Shown: positions 16,918-24,000 of the stretch, piece after piece
How positions within the stretch are numbered: the first letter of the stretch is position 1
How the letters are laid out: each line of letters starts with the position of its first letter
NCBI RefSeq assembly: GCF_036967215.1
Contig: NZ_CP146016.1
Span: 1,589,337-1,613,336 of the forward strand
Direction of reading: 5' to 3'
DNA length: 24,000 nt
From: Sulfolobus tengchongensis
GTDB lineage: Archaea; Thermoproteota; Thermoprotei_A; Sulfolobales; Sulfolobaceae
The notes under the pieces: model-generated
Told to the model about the DNA's origin: nothing
The model's input: only the letters and a program-made list of their open reading frames with translations
Database searches by the model: none
Translations under genes and position numbers: made by a program

Positions 16918-17015
16918 TGAAAGTGAAGGCGGTAAACCACAAACCAATGATCCGCCCTAGGGGAACCCTTTCCCTTCAGGACGGGGAGGAAGTCAGTTCT
17001 TTTGCCCCTTCTAGA
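16800..17015 (+). ncRNA. Putative omega/reRNA of the tnpA-tnpB element (scaffold to ~16995 + guide from flank)
   Basis: Includes the 3' end of tnpB plus RE, the stem GGCGG...CCGCC, and the conserved GGGGAGGAAGTCA(G) terminus. Extent is by analogy only. Confidence 0.4.
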
Positions 17016-17266
17016 AAAAGCTTAGTGAACATATCAGTTGAGTAGTTCCTCTTTCCTTCTAATCTTGCTAGATTTATGTTAAACGATATAATCTCCTCTC
17101 TTAGCTCATTTAGTCCCACCTTGACTAAACTCGTTTTTCCAATTCTCCTTATTCCTACTACCGCTCCGAAATCCTTATGTCTAATAACGTCTATTAAGCC
17201 TTCCAGCTCTTCCTCTCTGTCAAACAGATCCTCCCTTTTACTTTTCGGCCTTGTGTCAAATAAAAT
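16996..17266 (-). pseudogene. Archaeal ATPase N-terminal part (Walker A), separated from the rest by the IS
   Basis: The minus strand reads (I)LFDTRPKSKREDLFDREEELEGLIDVIRHKDFGAVVGIRRIGKTSLVKVGLNEL...MFTKLFLEGAKE. There is no ATG/GTG/TTG at the expected Met position (ATT). Confidence 0.7.
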
Positions 17267-17267
17267 T

Positions 17268-17298
17268 TTCCGCCACCGGAATCATTCCGCCACCGGAA
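17268..17298. promoter_or_regulatory. Twin operator-like repeat TTCCGCCACCGGAA x2 (17-bp period) between TATA-like box and ATPase start
   Basis: Both 17268-17281 and 17285-17298 read TTCCGCCACCGGAA; each has TTCCG/CGGAA inverted arms. A minus-strand TTTAAATT lies immediately upstream. Confidence 0.5.
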
Positions 17299-17639
17299 AA
17301 TTTAAACTTCTCTTAAGTCCTATTAAAATGTATGACTGATAAAGGAGTTGTAATTGAGGTGTAATCATCTCCTCCTTACCTAAAGGATGAGAGTCTCCTT
17401 AGGGTTATCATAGGTTTAGTTAATTATCTTCCCTTACGAGGACACTTCTTCGAAATAGAGTTGTTCTTTATAGGCCTTGATGAGAAAGGCTTGACTACTT
17501 TTTGTCAGTTATCTTTATTTAGCGTATTATTCATTTAGAATTGGAAAGTATTCCTAAGGTTTTATTTGTTTAAGCCCTTATAACTTATGTTAGATAAATT
17601 TATAAAATAGGAGTTATATATATACATAGGGTGAAATAT

Positions 17640-17816
17640 ATGATAAGTCTCAAAATTGGTCACAAGAAGGAACAAAAACAAAATGTTACCTTTAACATTC
17701 CCGTTTATGATATATCAAAGTTACCTGAAGAATATTTGAGGAATGAGTTCCCGGAAGAATGGAAAGCATTACAAAAGGAGAAGAAATCATATTATGGATG
17801 GATTTGGTATTCCTAA
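17640..17816 (+). CDS. Hypothetical small protein (58 aa from the ATG; a GTG at 17631 is also possible)
   Basis: ORF preceded by the strong TATA TTTATAAAATA at about 17598-17608. No homology recognised. Confidence 0.3.
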   Translation: MISLKIGHKKEQKQNVTFNIPVYDISKLPEEYLRNEFPEEWKALQKEKKSYYGWIWYS

Positions 17817-18020
17817 CCTAAATTAAAACCTTTTTATACTATTGTATTCTTCTATATCTTATCTATTAAACACTTGTTATCTATTTTATTTATCTCTAAA
17901 AAGGAGTTATAAGGTTAACGTTAAGGAATCAACTTTTTCTAATCTTATGATAATACCTTAAGTTATACTTATCTAAAAACCGTAAAGTATATTTAAGAGA
18001 GTAACATAAGGATATCTTGA

Positions 18021-18221
<201 letters not shown>

Positions 18222-18263
18222 ATATTAAGAGAGAAGGAAGTGTCTTAATTTAAAAGCTATTGT

Positions 18264-18291
18264 TGTTTTTCTTGGCTAATATCTGTTTTTT
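18264..18291 (+). terminator. Two oligo-T tracts downstream of sso7d
   Basis: TTGTTTTTCTT and CTGTTTTTTCCC lie 40-70 nt after the stop. Confidence 0.35.
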
Positions 18292-18355
18292 CCCATTTTA
18301 TGACGATTTCTGAAATATATAAAATTTAGCTAATTTCATATTAATAAATAAAACG

Positions 18356-18470
18356 GATTTTGCTAGGAAAGTAGGTAAATGGATTATTGGGAATGTCGTC
18401 ATATAGGCATAAATTATTTCTCTAGAGCATTTCAATAAAGCATTAATTTCCATAAACTAATGATTTAACT
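18356..18470 (+). pseudogene. Short relic of a TnpB gene
   Basis: Translates, with one frameshift and stops, to DFARKVGKWII...ECRHIGINYFSLEHFNK. This parallels [30 protein letters not shown] of the tnpB at 8348-9067. Confidence 0.5.
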
Positions 18471-18520
18471 TTAACTTTAATTCCTAAGATTTCATAGCAT
18501 ATAATAAAAATTCCTAGTAT

Positions 18521-19690
18521 TTATTTCTCTTCTTTTTTCTTATTTAACTCTTTGGAAATTTCTATCAGTTCCTTAGGACCTATTGAAACATCACCAATTT
18601 CTGGGGGTTTATCTTTCAGGCTTATCAACCCTACTTTTTCTGCAACTTTACTCATTTTCTTTATTGCTTCCTTAGCTTCTGATGTTGTTATTTCTCCCAT
18701 TTTAACCTCAAATGCTATAATTCTTTTCTTTCCCTTCATAACTATCATATCAATGTCTTCTTTTGGAGAGTAAACGAAATCTCCTCCATAATATTTACTT
18801 ATCATTTCACCTACAGAAAATTGGACCTCTAACCCTATGGGTAATTCGTATATTTTGACGTCTCTTTCTGTGATTAAATATTTTGATTCAGCATATAAAG
18901 ATAAGGAAATTACTGGGGAAACATGTCTATAATAATATTCTTTCCCTAAAGTTCTAATCTTCTTTATCAACCCCATTTTGTTCAGTTTATTCATTAAGGA
19001 AGAAACAGTGGCTTCTCCTCCTTTTACTTGTAAAATTCCAGCCAATTCTGAAGTTCTCCAAATTCCTTCTGCTACTCTCAAAAGTAATTGATAATATGTT
19101 TCTGTCAAACTTCTTTCTTCTTCTTTAAATACTTCTCCTATTAATCCCTTTGAAATTAAAGAGAATTCCTTTATCCTGTTCACAAATTCTTCATAAGAGT
19201 TTATAAATGGAATAATCCAGGGATCTCTAAAAAGAGTAGAAAGTAATGGATCTTCAAGTTGGGATAAAACTTCTTCATAGCTGATAATTGGAATTTCCTT
19301 TGGGGTTATCAACCCTAAAAGTGGAGAGTTTCTATCAAAGACTTTATTAAGAATTCCATAACTAGAGCCGGACAAAATTAAAATTCCACTCTTATCAAAA
19401 GTGGAAATGTCTACGTAAAATTTTTCCGGTAATCTTTGAAATTCATCAATAACTACTTTATTCCCCCTTTTAAGTTCAGAACGTACTTCTTTTAATAGCT
19501 CTTCTATCTTTATCCTTTCACCACCTTCTAATAATCCTTCTGTTTCGTTTGCTATTGTTACAAAATAATCATATTTAATGCAATTTTTTATTAATGTAGT
19601 TTTACCAGTTTTTCTTCTACCGTAAAGCAATAACCAATAATCAACATTTTTTAGTTCTTCACATTCTTTTCTTTTCAGGACTAGTCTCAT
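18521..19690 (-). CDS. AAA ATPase - wHTH - PD-(D/E)xK (DUF234-type) fusion protein
   Basis: Walker A GRRKTGKTTL, Walker B VVIDEFQ, a central wHTH-like segment, and C-terminal EDIDMIV...IIAFEVKMG, a restriction-endonuclease-like D...E-x-K motif. Confidence 0.8.
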   Translation of the reverse strand: MRLVLKRKECEELKNVDYWLLLYGRRKTGKTTLIKNCIKYDYFVTIANETEGLLEGGERIKIEELLKEVRSELKRGNKVVIDEFQRLPEKFYVDISTFDKSGILILSGSSYGILNKVFDRNSPLLGLITPKEIPIISYEEVLSQLEDPLLSTLFRDPWIIPFINSYEEFVNRIKEFSLISKGLIGEVFKEEERSLTETYYQLLLRVAEGIWRTSELAGILQVKGGEATVSSLMNKLNKMGLIKKIRTLGKEYYYRHVSPVISLSLYAESKYLITERDVKIYELPIGLEVQFSVGEMISKYYGGDFVYSPKEDIDMIVMKGKKRIIAFEVKMGEITTSEAKEAIKKMSKVAEKVGLISLKDKPPEIGDVSIGPKELIEISKELNKKKEEK

Positions 19691-19703
19691 AGGACTAGTC
19701 TCA
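19677..19703. repeat. Tandem 13-nt repeat AGGACTAGTCTCA x2 (14-bp period) spanning the ATPase start codon
   Basis: Copies at 19677-19689 and 19691-19703. Each contains the 8-bp palindrome GACTAGTC, and the first copy includes the ATG (19688-19690, minus strand). Confidence 0.6.
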
Positions 19704-20106
19704 GCAGACTATAATATATAAAGTTATTCATTCCGAAAACGCTCAAAGAAATTATTCTTTAAATACCATTACGGCTTTTATTTCAGTGAGAGCAGAAGCT
19801 TATTGTATCTAAGGGAATATTCTACAGATAAGCGCTAAGCTTTCTCTTGTTTAGACAATTTATTAGAAAGACTTAAATATTTCAAGACTTTCAGCTCAAA
19901 TTCATTTTCAGGCTACCTAATTCCCTCGTCATTAGAATCCTTTAACTTAAAGTGGAATTACATAGAAAAAGGTCTTTCAGAAGCTTCAATTCCAGCGAAG
20001 GGAATAGAATAAGGAGCAACTATCGGAGGATTAAATGCTATTGTTAGGAGAGTAGGAAAAAGCCATAGGGAAAAGGATAACAACAATACCTAGCTGTGCG
20101 AAACTA

Positions 20107-20499
20107 TTAACTTAAAATATTTTCTCTTATCCTTTTTATTAAAGGCAATAATTTATTTTCTACAGTATTTATACATATTTCAGCATCTTCTTTCGTTATA
20201 TCAGAATATTGCCCTAAGTTTCTAGAGTTTTCTACTATTATAAATTCTTTTCTATTTTCTCTTATTATTTTTCTTATCTCCCCTTCGAAACTTGGAATAT
20301 GAAAGGACAAAGATGAAAGAATTTTTCTGATATTATGAAAAGAATAATACGGAGGATCCTTCCTTATTAGACTATAAACTGATCTTATCATTAATTCTGC
20401 TGAAATTGCGCAATTAGTGGAAGAAACGTCATAAAATGATTTTTCTAAAGCAGTCTTAGAAATAATTAAGTATCTTAAAGATCTTTCATATAAGTCCAT
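20107..20499 (-). CDS. HEPN-domain-like protein, no adjacent nucleotidyltransferase partner
   Basis: From the internal Met (MDLYERSLRYL...). It shows a helical HEPN pattern (AISAELMIRSVYSLIRKDPPYYSFHNIRKIL) with an R...H segment. The N-terminal extension to 20556 looks spurious. Confidence 0.5.
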   Translation of the reverse strand: MDLYERSLRYLIISKTALEKSFYDVSSTNCAISAELMIRSVYSLIRKDPPYYSFHNIRKILSSLSFHIPSFEGEIRKIIRENRKEFIIVENSRNLGQYSDITKEDAEICINTVENKLLPLIKRIRENILS

Positions 20500-20649
20500 G
20501 CTTATATTAAAGGAGATAAGGATAGTAAATCTATTGCTGTTCCACATAATATTCACTCTATTAAATTAGTTACTGGAGTTTCTGAAGAGTTAACGTTAAG
20601 ATGTCATAATACCAATGATAATCATGTCCTCTGAGAAAGGAAATAAACT

Positions 20650-21476
20650 AGAGATTGGTCAAAGTACGACGAGAACCTCATAACTAGATACGAGATGATA
20701 TTCCCTTACTACGTGTTCGAACATTGGTACGAACTTCTAGAGGAGGACAATAAGAAGGCTAAATCAAGACCCTACAAAGCACCACTCATGTTAAACGAAT
20801 TCCTAGCCTTCCTCTGGAGGGATTCTAAGAGCATTCCACGAAGTGAGAATAATACCAGTCTACCTCGACTACAAGACCATCCACCTAAGACTAAAAAACA
20901 TGCAACTAGACTACAACAAAGTCAAGGATGAAGTAGAACTAATAAGCGACGGCACGGGAATAAGCGTTGAACAAGGAGGTAGGTACATAAGGGCAAAGTG
21001 GAAAAAGAGTGAGAAGAGGAAGTTCCTCAAAATAGTAGTTCACGTTGATGCTAATTCCATGAAGGTTTTGAAGGCTGAGGTTGAGAACTCTGAGGTTAAG
21101 TCGGCAGTTAAGGAGGTAAGTGAAGAGGGCGGGAGGTTACGAAGTTTTATGGGGATAAGGCTTATGATTCTAATGCTATTTATGATCTAGTTCCTGAGGT
21201 TGTGATTCCGCCTAAGAGGTCGGCTAATGTGGATAGGGCTAGTCCGAGGAGGCGTGATACAATTCTAGATAAGGAGTCGTCACGTGATTGGAGGAGGGGT
21301 TGTGGTAGGAGATGGTGGGTTGAGGTTGTGATATCTGCTGTGAAGAGAATTTTTGGTCATGGGATTCGTGCTAGGGGTGTTCTTTAAGCTACTTTTTTAA
21401 AGTTTTGGCTTTATCACGTTATGAGGGAGATGGCTGATTTCTTGGTGGGTGAGGTTCACGCGGTTCGCGTAGCGTA
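20650..21476 (+). pseudogene. IS5-family (ISC1058-like?) transposase remnant with at least 3 frameshifts and no start codon
   Basis: Pieces in different frames: (TRD)WSKYDENLITRYEMIFP...KSRPYKAP; DGTGISVEQGGRYIRAKWK...RKFLKIVVHVDANSMKVL; VIPPKRSANV...RRWWVEVVISAVKRIFGHGIRAR; KFWLYHVM.... Element ends could not be defined. Confidence 0.65.
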
Positions 21477-21499
21477 GTGTGTAGTCTAATGAGTTTAGT

Positions 21500-21637
21500 T
21501 TAGAGGAAATTTAGTGAAACAAATATATACTTTATGAAGAGATAATTCAGATACCACACACTAAAACTTTTCTCATGATATTCAGTATCTTGAAACATTG
21601 AGTAGACTAGAATATTTGTATCAACTATTATAATCAT
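21500..21637 (-). pseudogene. vapC: vapC (PIN-domain toxin) N-terminal fragment
   Basis: MIIIVDTNILVYSMFQDTEYHEKSF.... The ATG overlaps the end of the upstream AbrB-type gene. The rest of the PIN domain is missing next to the IS5-like remnant. Confidence 0.55.
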
Positions 21638-21853
21638 CAGTAAACGCCTTATTCACTATTTCATCAATCTCCTCAACACTTAATTTTCTACCCAAACTTC
21701 TAACAATCCATGGTCTTCTCATAACCTTCATAACTACCTCCTCTCCTCTTACTTAAAAAATCACGTAATCGCCTTTTTTATTCCTAGCTTCTCTCTTATT
21801 TCTGCAGGGATAGTAATTTGATAATTCCTTGTGACTTTGGTGAATGCTTTCAT
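21621..21853 (-). pseudogene. vapB: AbrB/SpoVT-type antitoxin (vapB-like) with a frameshift and an in-frame TAA
   Basis: MKAFTKVTRNYQITIPAEIREKLGIKK then a shift in an A6 run, then GDYVIF*VRGEEVVMKVMRRPWIV...DDYNS. The total of 233 nt is not a multiple of 3. Confidence 0.6.
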
Positions 21854-21951
21854 AGTAATTTTACTGTTAACTATATATGTAAACTTTTCTAGTAGGAAAT
21901 AAGATTCACGTATTTAGCCTGACGTTTTCACTCTACATTATGATAAAAGCA

Positions 21952-21992
21952 GAATTCATCATTTCATAATGTCATTATGAAGTTATGAATTC
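21952..21992. promoter_or_regulatory. 41-nt imperfect palindrome GAATTCAT-CATT-TCATAATG-T-CATTATGA-AGTT-ATGAATTC
   Basis: Two 8-bp arm pairs, located 100-140 nt upstream of the vapB-like gene. Confidence 0.3.
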
Positions 21993-22337
21993 AAATAACT
22001 ATGATTTCTACTCATAACCCTATATTGTGATATTTACTTGTTATCGAATTATGAAATTTCAGGGCGATTTGTTTCATATCTATACGACTGCACTGTGGAT
22101 ATACTCACTTACAATAAATGTAAAAAACTGCAATTTTCTACACTTCTACATTACTTATAAAACTAAAATTTTAATAATTATCTATTCGATATATTATGCA
22201 AATTATCTATAAAAGCTATTTATTCAATTTTATACAAATTTGACGCTCTCGAGAATAGTGGTTAAGATTAATACTTTGACTCTCACTAACTTCATCTCTT
22301 TTACCCCCATTAGAGTTAAAAACTAGCAAAAAGTGAT

Positions 22338-22408
22338 TTTTAGTCAGATGATTAAAGTGGCCAGGGCTGAAAGAAAAAGTGATGACATGTTTTTAAGATG
22401 AACTAAAA
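22338..22408 (+). ncRNA. Candidate C/D box sRNA
   Basis: C AUGAUUA (22348-54), 12-nt spacer, D' CUGA (22367-70), C' GUGAUGA (22379-85), 12-nt spacer, D AUGA (22398-401). The terminal stem TTTTAGT (22338-44) pairs with ACTAAAA (22402-08). The C position-6 G-to-U change is matched by the D position-1 C-to-A change. Confidence 0.55.
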
Positions 22409-24000
22409 TTGTAATTTGTATGTTCTACCTATCCAATAGCCTCTTTGAATTGCCTTACCTATAGTTGGTTGGTCATCCACAATATTGTGTATCTCAAGAT
22501 CGAATTTCATACCATTACTTTCTTCTATGAATTTAACTCCTGCTTGAGATAATGAGTTTCTTAACAAGTACTCTCTAGTTCTATCCAAACCCTTAAAAGA
22601 CCTTTCAGTCATGTAAACCTCATTATATTTGGCTAACTCGAACGCATAGTCGTGATATGCGTATATATTGGAGTCTATCAGGATTCTCTCTCCTTTAACT
22701 TCTGGCATTTTAGGTATTTCATAATCTGGTACTGCTAATATACAGTCCGAGCATTCCATCTTAGTGTTAAGTTTTATCTCGACGTTAAGTCTTCTTAATT
22801 CCCTTTCATAATACTTTATCAGTTCATTAAACTCATTAATTTTCCAAGGATCCTTAAGTAATAAGAATTGTCCACCTAATTTGTTGTTCTGCTCATATAA
22901 AGTTACGGTGAAACCTCTTAATGCTAAGACTCTAGCAGCCTCTAAGCCCATTACACCTCCTCCCACTACCGCGACCTCACCTTTTCCTTTTTCAAGAGGA
23001 GGTAATAACTCCCAACCTAATTCTGGATTAACATCGCATCTAACTTCCTTATACACTACACCTCTGCACGATTGGTTACACCTAATGCATGGCCTTATTG
23101 GTAAGCCCTTAATTGCCTTATTTAACCAATGAGGATCTGCTAATAATTGCCTTCCTAATACGACAACGTCAGCTACATCCCTAACCTTTAAGGCTTCCTC
23201 TGGAGTTATTATTGACCCTACAAGGAATAATGGAACCTTAATAGCGTCTCTTACGACTTTAGCGTATTCTAGGAAAGATACTCTTTTGTAATAATAAGGC
23301 ATGCTTGAACCCAAAGGACCATCTCTACCGGCAGATAAGTGAATGTAGTCTATCCCAGCTTTTTCCAATCTCTTACTTATCTCAGCTACCATTTCAGGGG
23401 TTAAGCCTTCATTGTCAAACTCAGTTACGCTAATCCTTATACCAACGGTAATCTTAGCCTTCTCCTTTATACTTTTAAGAATCTCCTCAGCGAACCTAAC
23501 TCCATCTTTATACTCATCCGCCCTTTTATTAGTAGCTGGTGAGAAAAATTGTGCCAATAAGTAACCATGTGCTCCATGAAGTTCTATTCCATCAAAGCCT
23601 GCTCTCTTAGCTCTTATTGACGCATTTACAAAATCGTTCTTCACTCTCTCTATATCGTCTTTTGTCATTTCTCTTACTTCATCCATTATTGGAATAGGTG
23701 AGGGAGCGATAGGTGTATTTCCCCAGATGATATCCCTTCTAGTTTTCCTACCAACGTGAACCAATTGTACGAAAATCTTACTTCCTAATGCGTGTATCAT
23801 CTCAGTTAATCTCATAAATTTTGGTGTCAATTCATCAGAATACATACCTAGTTCATTAACTGATCCTCTGGCATCTGTGCGATTAACGTAGGTATATTCA
23901 GTTATTATTAATCCAACTCCTCCTTTAGCTCTTTCAGCTAGATATGCTATATGGGCATCGCTCGGGTACCCCTCTGGAGTTCCTAAATTACTTATCATTG
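22403..24000 (-). CDS. Old-Yellow-Enzyme/2,4-dienoyl-CoA reductase-like NADH:flavin oxidoreductase with Fe-S Cys cluster and C-terminal FAD/NAD(P) domain; N-terminus beyond window
   Basis: TIM-barrel OYE motifs ([23 protein letters not shown]), [10 protein letters not shown]...C, and the Rossmann motif [12 protein letters not shown]. The ORF is open to the window edge. Confidence 0.85.
   Translation of the reverse strand, partial: MISNLGTPEGYPSDAHIAYLAERAKGGVGLIITEYTYVNRTDARGSVNELGMYSDELTPKFMRLTEMIHALGSKIFVQLVHVGRKTRRDIIWGNTPIAPSPIPIMDEVREMTKDDIERVKNDFVNASIRAKRAGFDGIELHGAHGYLLAQFFSPATNKRADEYKDGVRFAEEILKSIKEKAKITVGIRISVTEFDNEGLTPEMVAEISKRLEKAGIDYIHLSAGRDGPLGSSMPYYYKRVSFLEYAKVVRDAIKVPLFLVGSIITPEEALKVRDVADVVVLGRQLLADPHWLNKAIKGLPIRPCIRCNQSCRGVVYKEVRCDVNPELGWELLPPLEKGKGEVAVVGGGVMGLEAARVLALRGFTVTLYEQNNKLGGQFLLLKDPWKINEFNELIKYYERELRRLNVEIKLNTKMECSDCILAVPDYEIPKMPEVKGERILIDSNIYAYHDYAFELAKYNEVYMTERSFKGLDRTREYLLRNSLSQAGVKFIEESNGMKFDLEIHNIVDDQPTIGKAIQRGYWIGRTYKLQF

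Larger units (their letters stand above)
15231..16995 (+). mobile_element. Complete IS200/IS605-family element (tnpA + tnpB, ~1765 bp)
   Basis: The left flank ends in TTTAA (15226-15230). Removing 15231-16995 (or 15232-16996) rejoins the ATPase gene in frame (...FLEGAKE-LKSYTFFGK...). Its termini resemble those of the 6314-9105 element. Confidence 0.85.

Noticed and set aside
17076-17339. 87-aa plus-strand ORF
   Set aside because: It is antisense to the clearly recognisable Walker-A N-terminus of the disrupted ATPase, and its translation is S/L-rich and low-complexity.
17340-17404. Two adjacent hairpins (AAGGAG...CTCCTT and CCTAAAGGA...TCCTTAGG) upstream of the ATPase promoter
   Set aside because: Short stems, one with a bulge and a large loop, and no recurrence elsewhere in the window. 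This is insufficient to call an RNA or a site.
19850-20100. Protein-like frame FKTFSSNSFSGYLIPSSLESFNLKWNYIEKGLSEASIPAKGIE*GATIGGLNAIVRRVGKSHREKD
   Set aside because: It looks like a gene remnant, but I cannot assign it to any family from memory. It is too short and interrupted to annotate.
20612-20632. C/D-like strings, starting with AATGATAATCATGTCCTCTGA (20612..20632)
   Set aside because: This entry also covers 14128-14150 CTGATTAAGATGATA and 17488-17510 TTGATGA.... Each has only one box pair or wrong spacing, with no second C'/D' set and no terminal stem.
20557-20650. Possible C-terminal piece of the vapC PIN domain on the far side of the IS remnant (minus-strand ...LFPFSEDMIIIGIMTS*)
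   Set aside because: The pattern is only vaguely PIN-like, and the middle of the domain is missing, so simple IS-insertion geometry does not fit.
20557-21553. Attempt to define terminal inverted repeats and exact ends of the IS5-like element
   Set aside because: Only weak matches were found (TCCTCTGAGAAAGG vs TCCTCTAAACTAAA). My base counting in 20690-20885 also disagreed by 1 nt with the ORF track, so only the coding remnant is reported, with approximate ends.
22027-22212. 61-aa ORF in a very AT-rich spacer
   Set aside because: Ile/Tyr/Asn-rich composition typical of random AT-rich DNA, with no promoter context.

Overview
AT-rich crenarchaeal chromosome segment, read as Saccharolobus (Sulfolobus) solfataricus-like. 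The basis is a near-identical Sso7d protein at 18027-18221, ISC-type insertion sequences, and leaderless genes with TATA boxes about 25 nt upstream. The first ~5.6 kb is mostly housekeeping. It holds the 3' part of a por-type 2-oxoacid:ferredoxin oxidoreductase beta subunit and a convergent Lrp/AsnC regulator with Ss-LrpB-type operator boxes. It also holds a polytopic membrane protein, pirin, a wHTH + metallophosphoesterase pair and YjbQ. From ~5.6 kb onward the window is heavily colonised by mobile DNA:
- four copies of a ~105-bp MITE;
- a TnpB-only IS200/IS605 element (about 6314-9105) whose tnpB is split by a 1.5-kb IS110-family (ISC1491-like) element;
- a complete tnpA-tnpB IS200/IS605 element (about 15231-16995) inserted in an archaeal-ATPase gene;
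- a short TnpB relic, a frameshifted IS5-like transposase and a decayed vapBC pair.

Between these lie an FAD-dependent reductase divergent from a YHS-Rdx (SelW-like) fusion and an ANL-type adenylating enzyme lacking the C-terminal lid. There is also Sso7d, an AAA-wHTH-PD-(D/E)xK ATPase and an orphan HEPN protein. The window ends inside an OYE/2,4-dienoyl-CoA-reductase-like flavoprotein. The most interesting signals are:
1. The non-coding leader of the nested IS110 element has two hairpin modules, each flanked by a segment complementary to one insertion junction (candidate archaeal bridge RNA).
2. The two TnpB elements share termini and have predictable omega-RNA guides.
3. A GC-rich three-way-junction structure sits at the 5' end of the split tnpB.
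4. A candidate C/D box sRNA shows a compensatory k-turn change.
5. A twin TTCCGCCACCGGAA operator lies upstream of the disrupted ATPase gene.

No CRISPR array, tRNA or rRNA was seen. Coordinates mapped by hand (repeats, junctions, small RNAs) should be taken as +/-2 nt.
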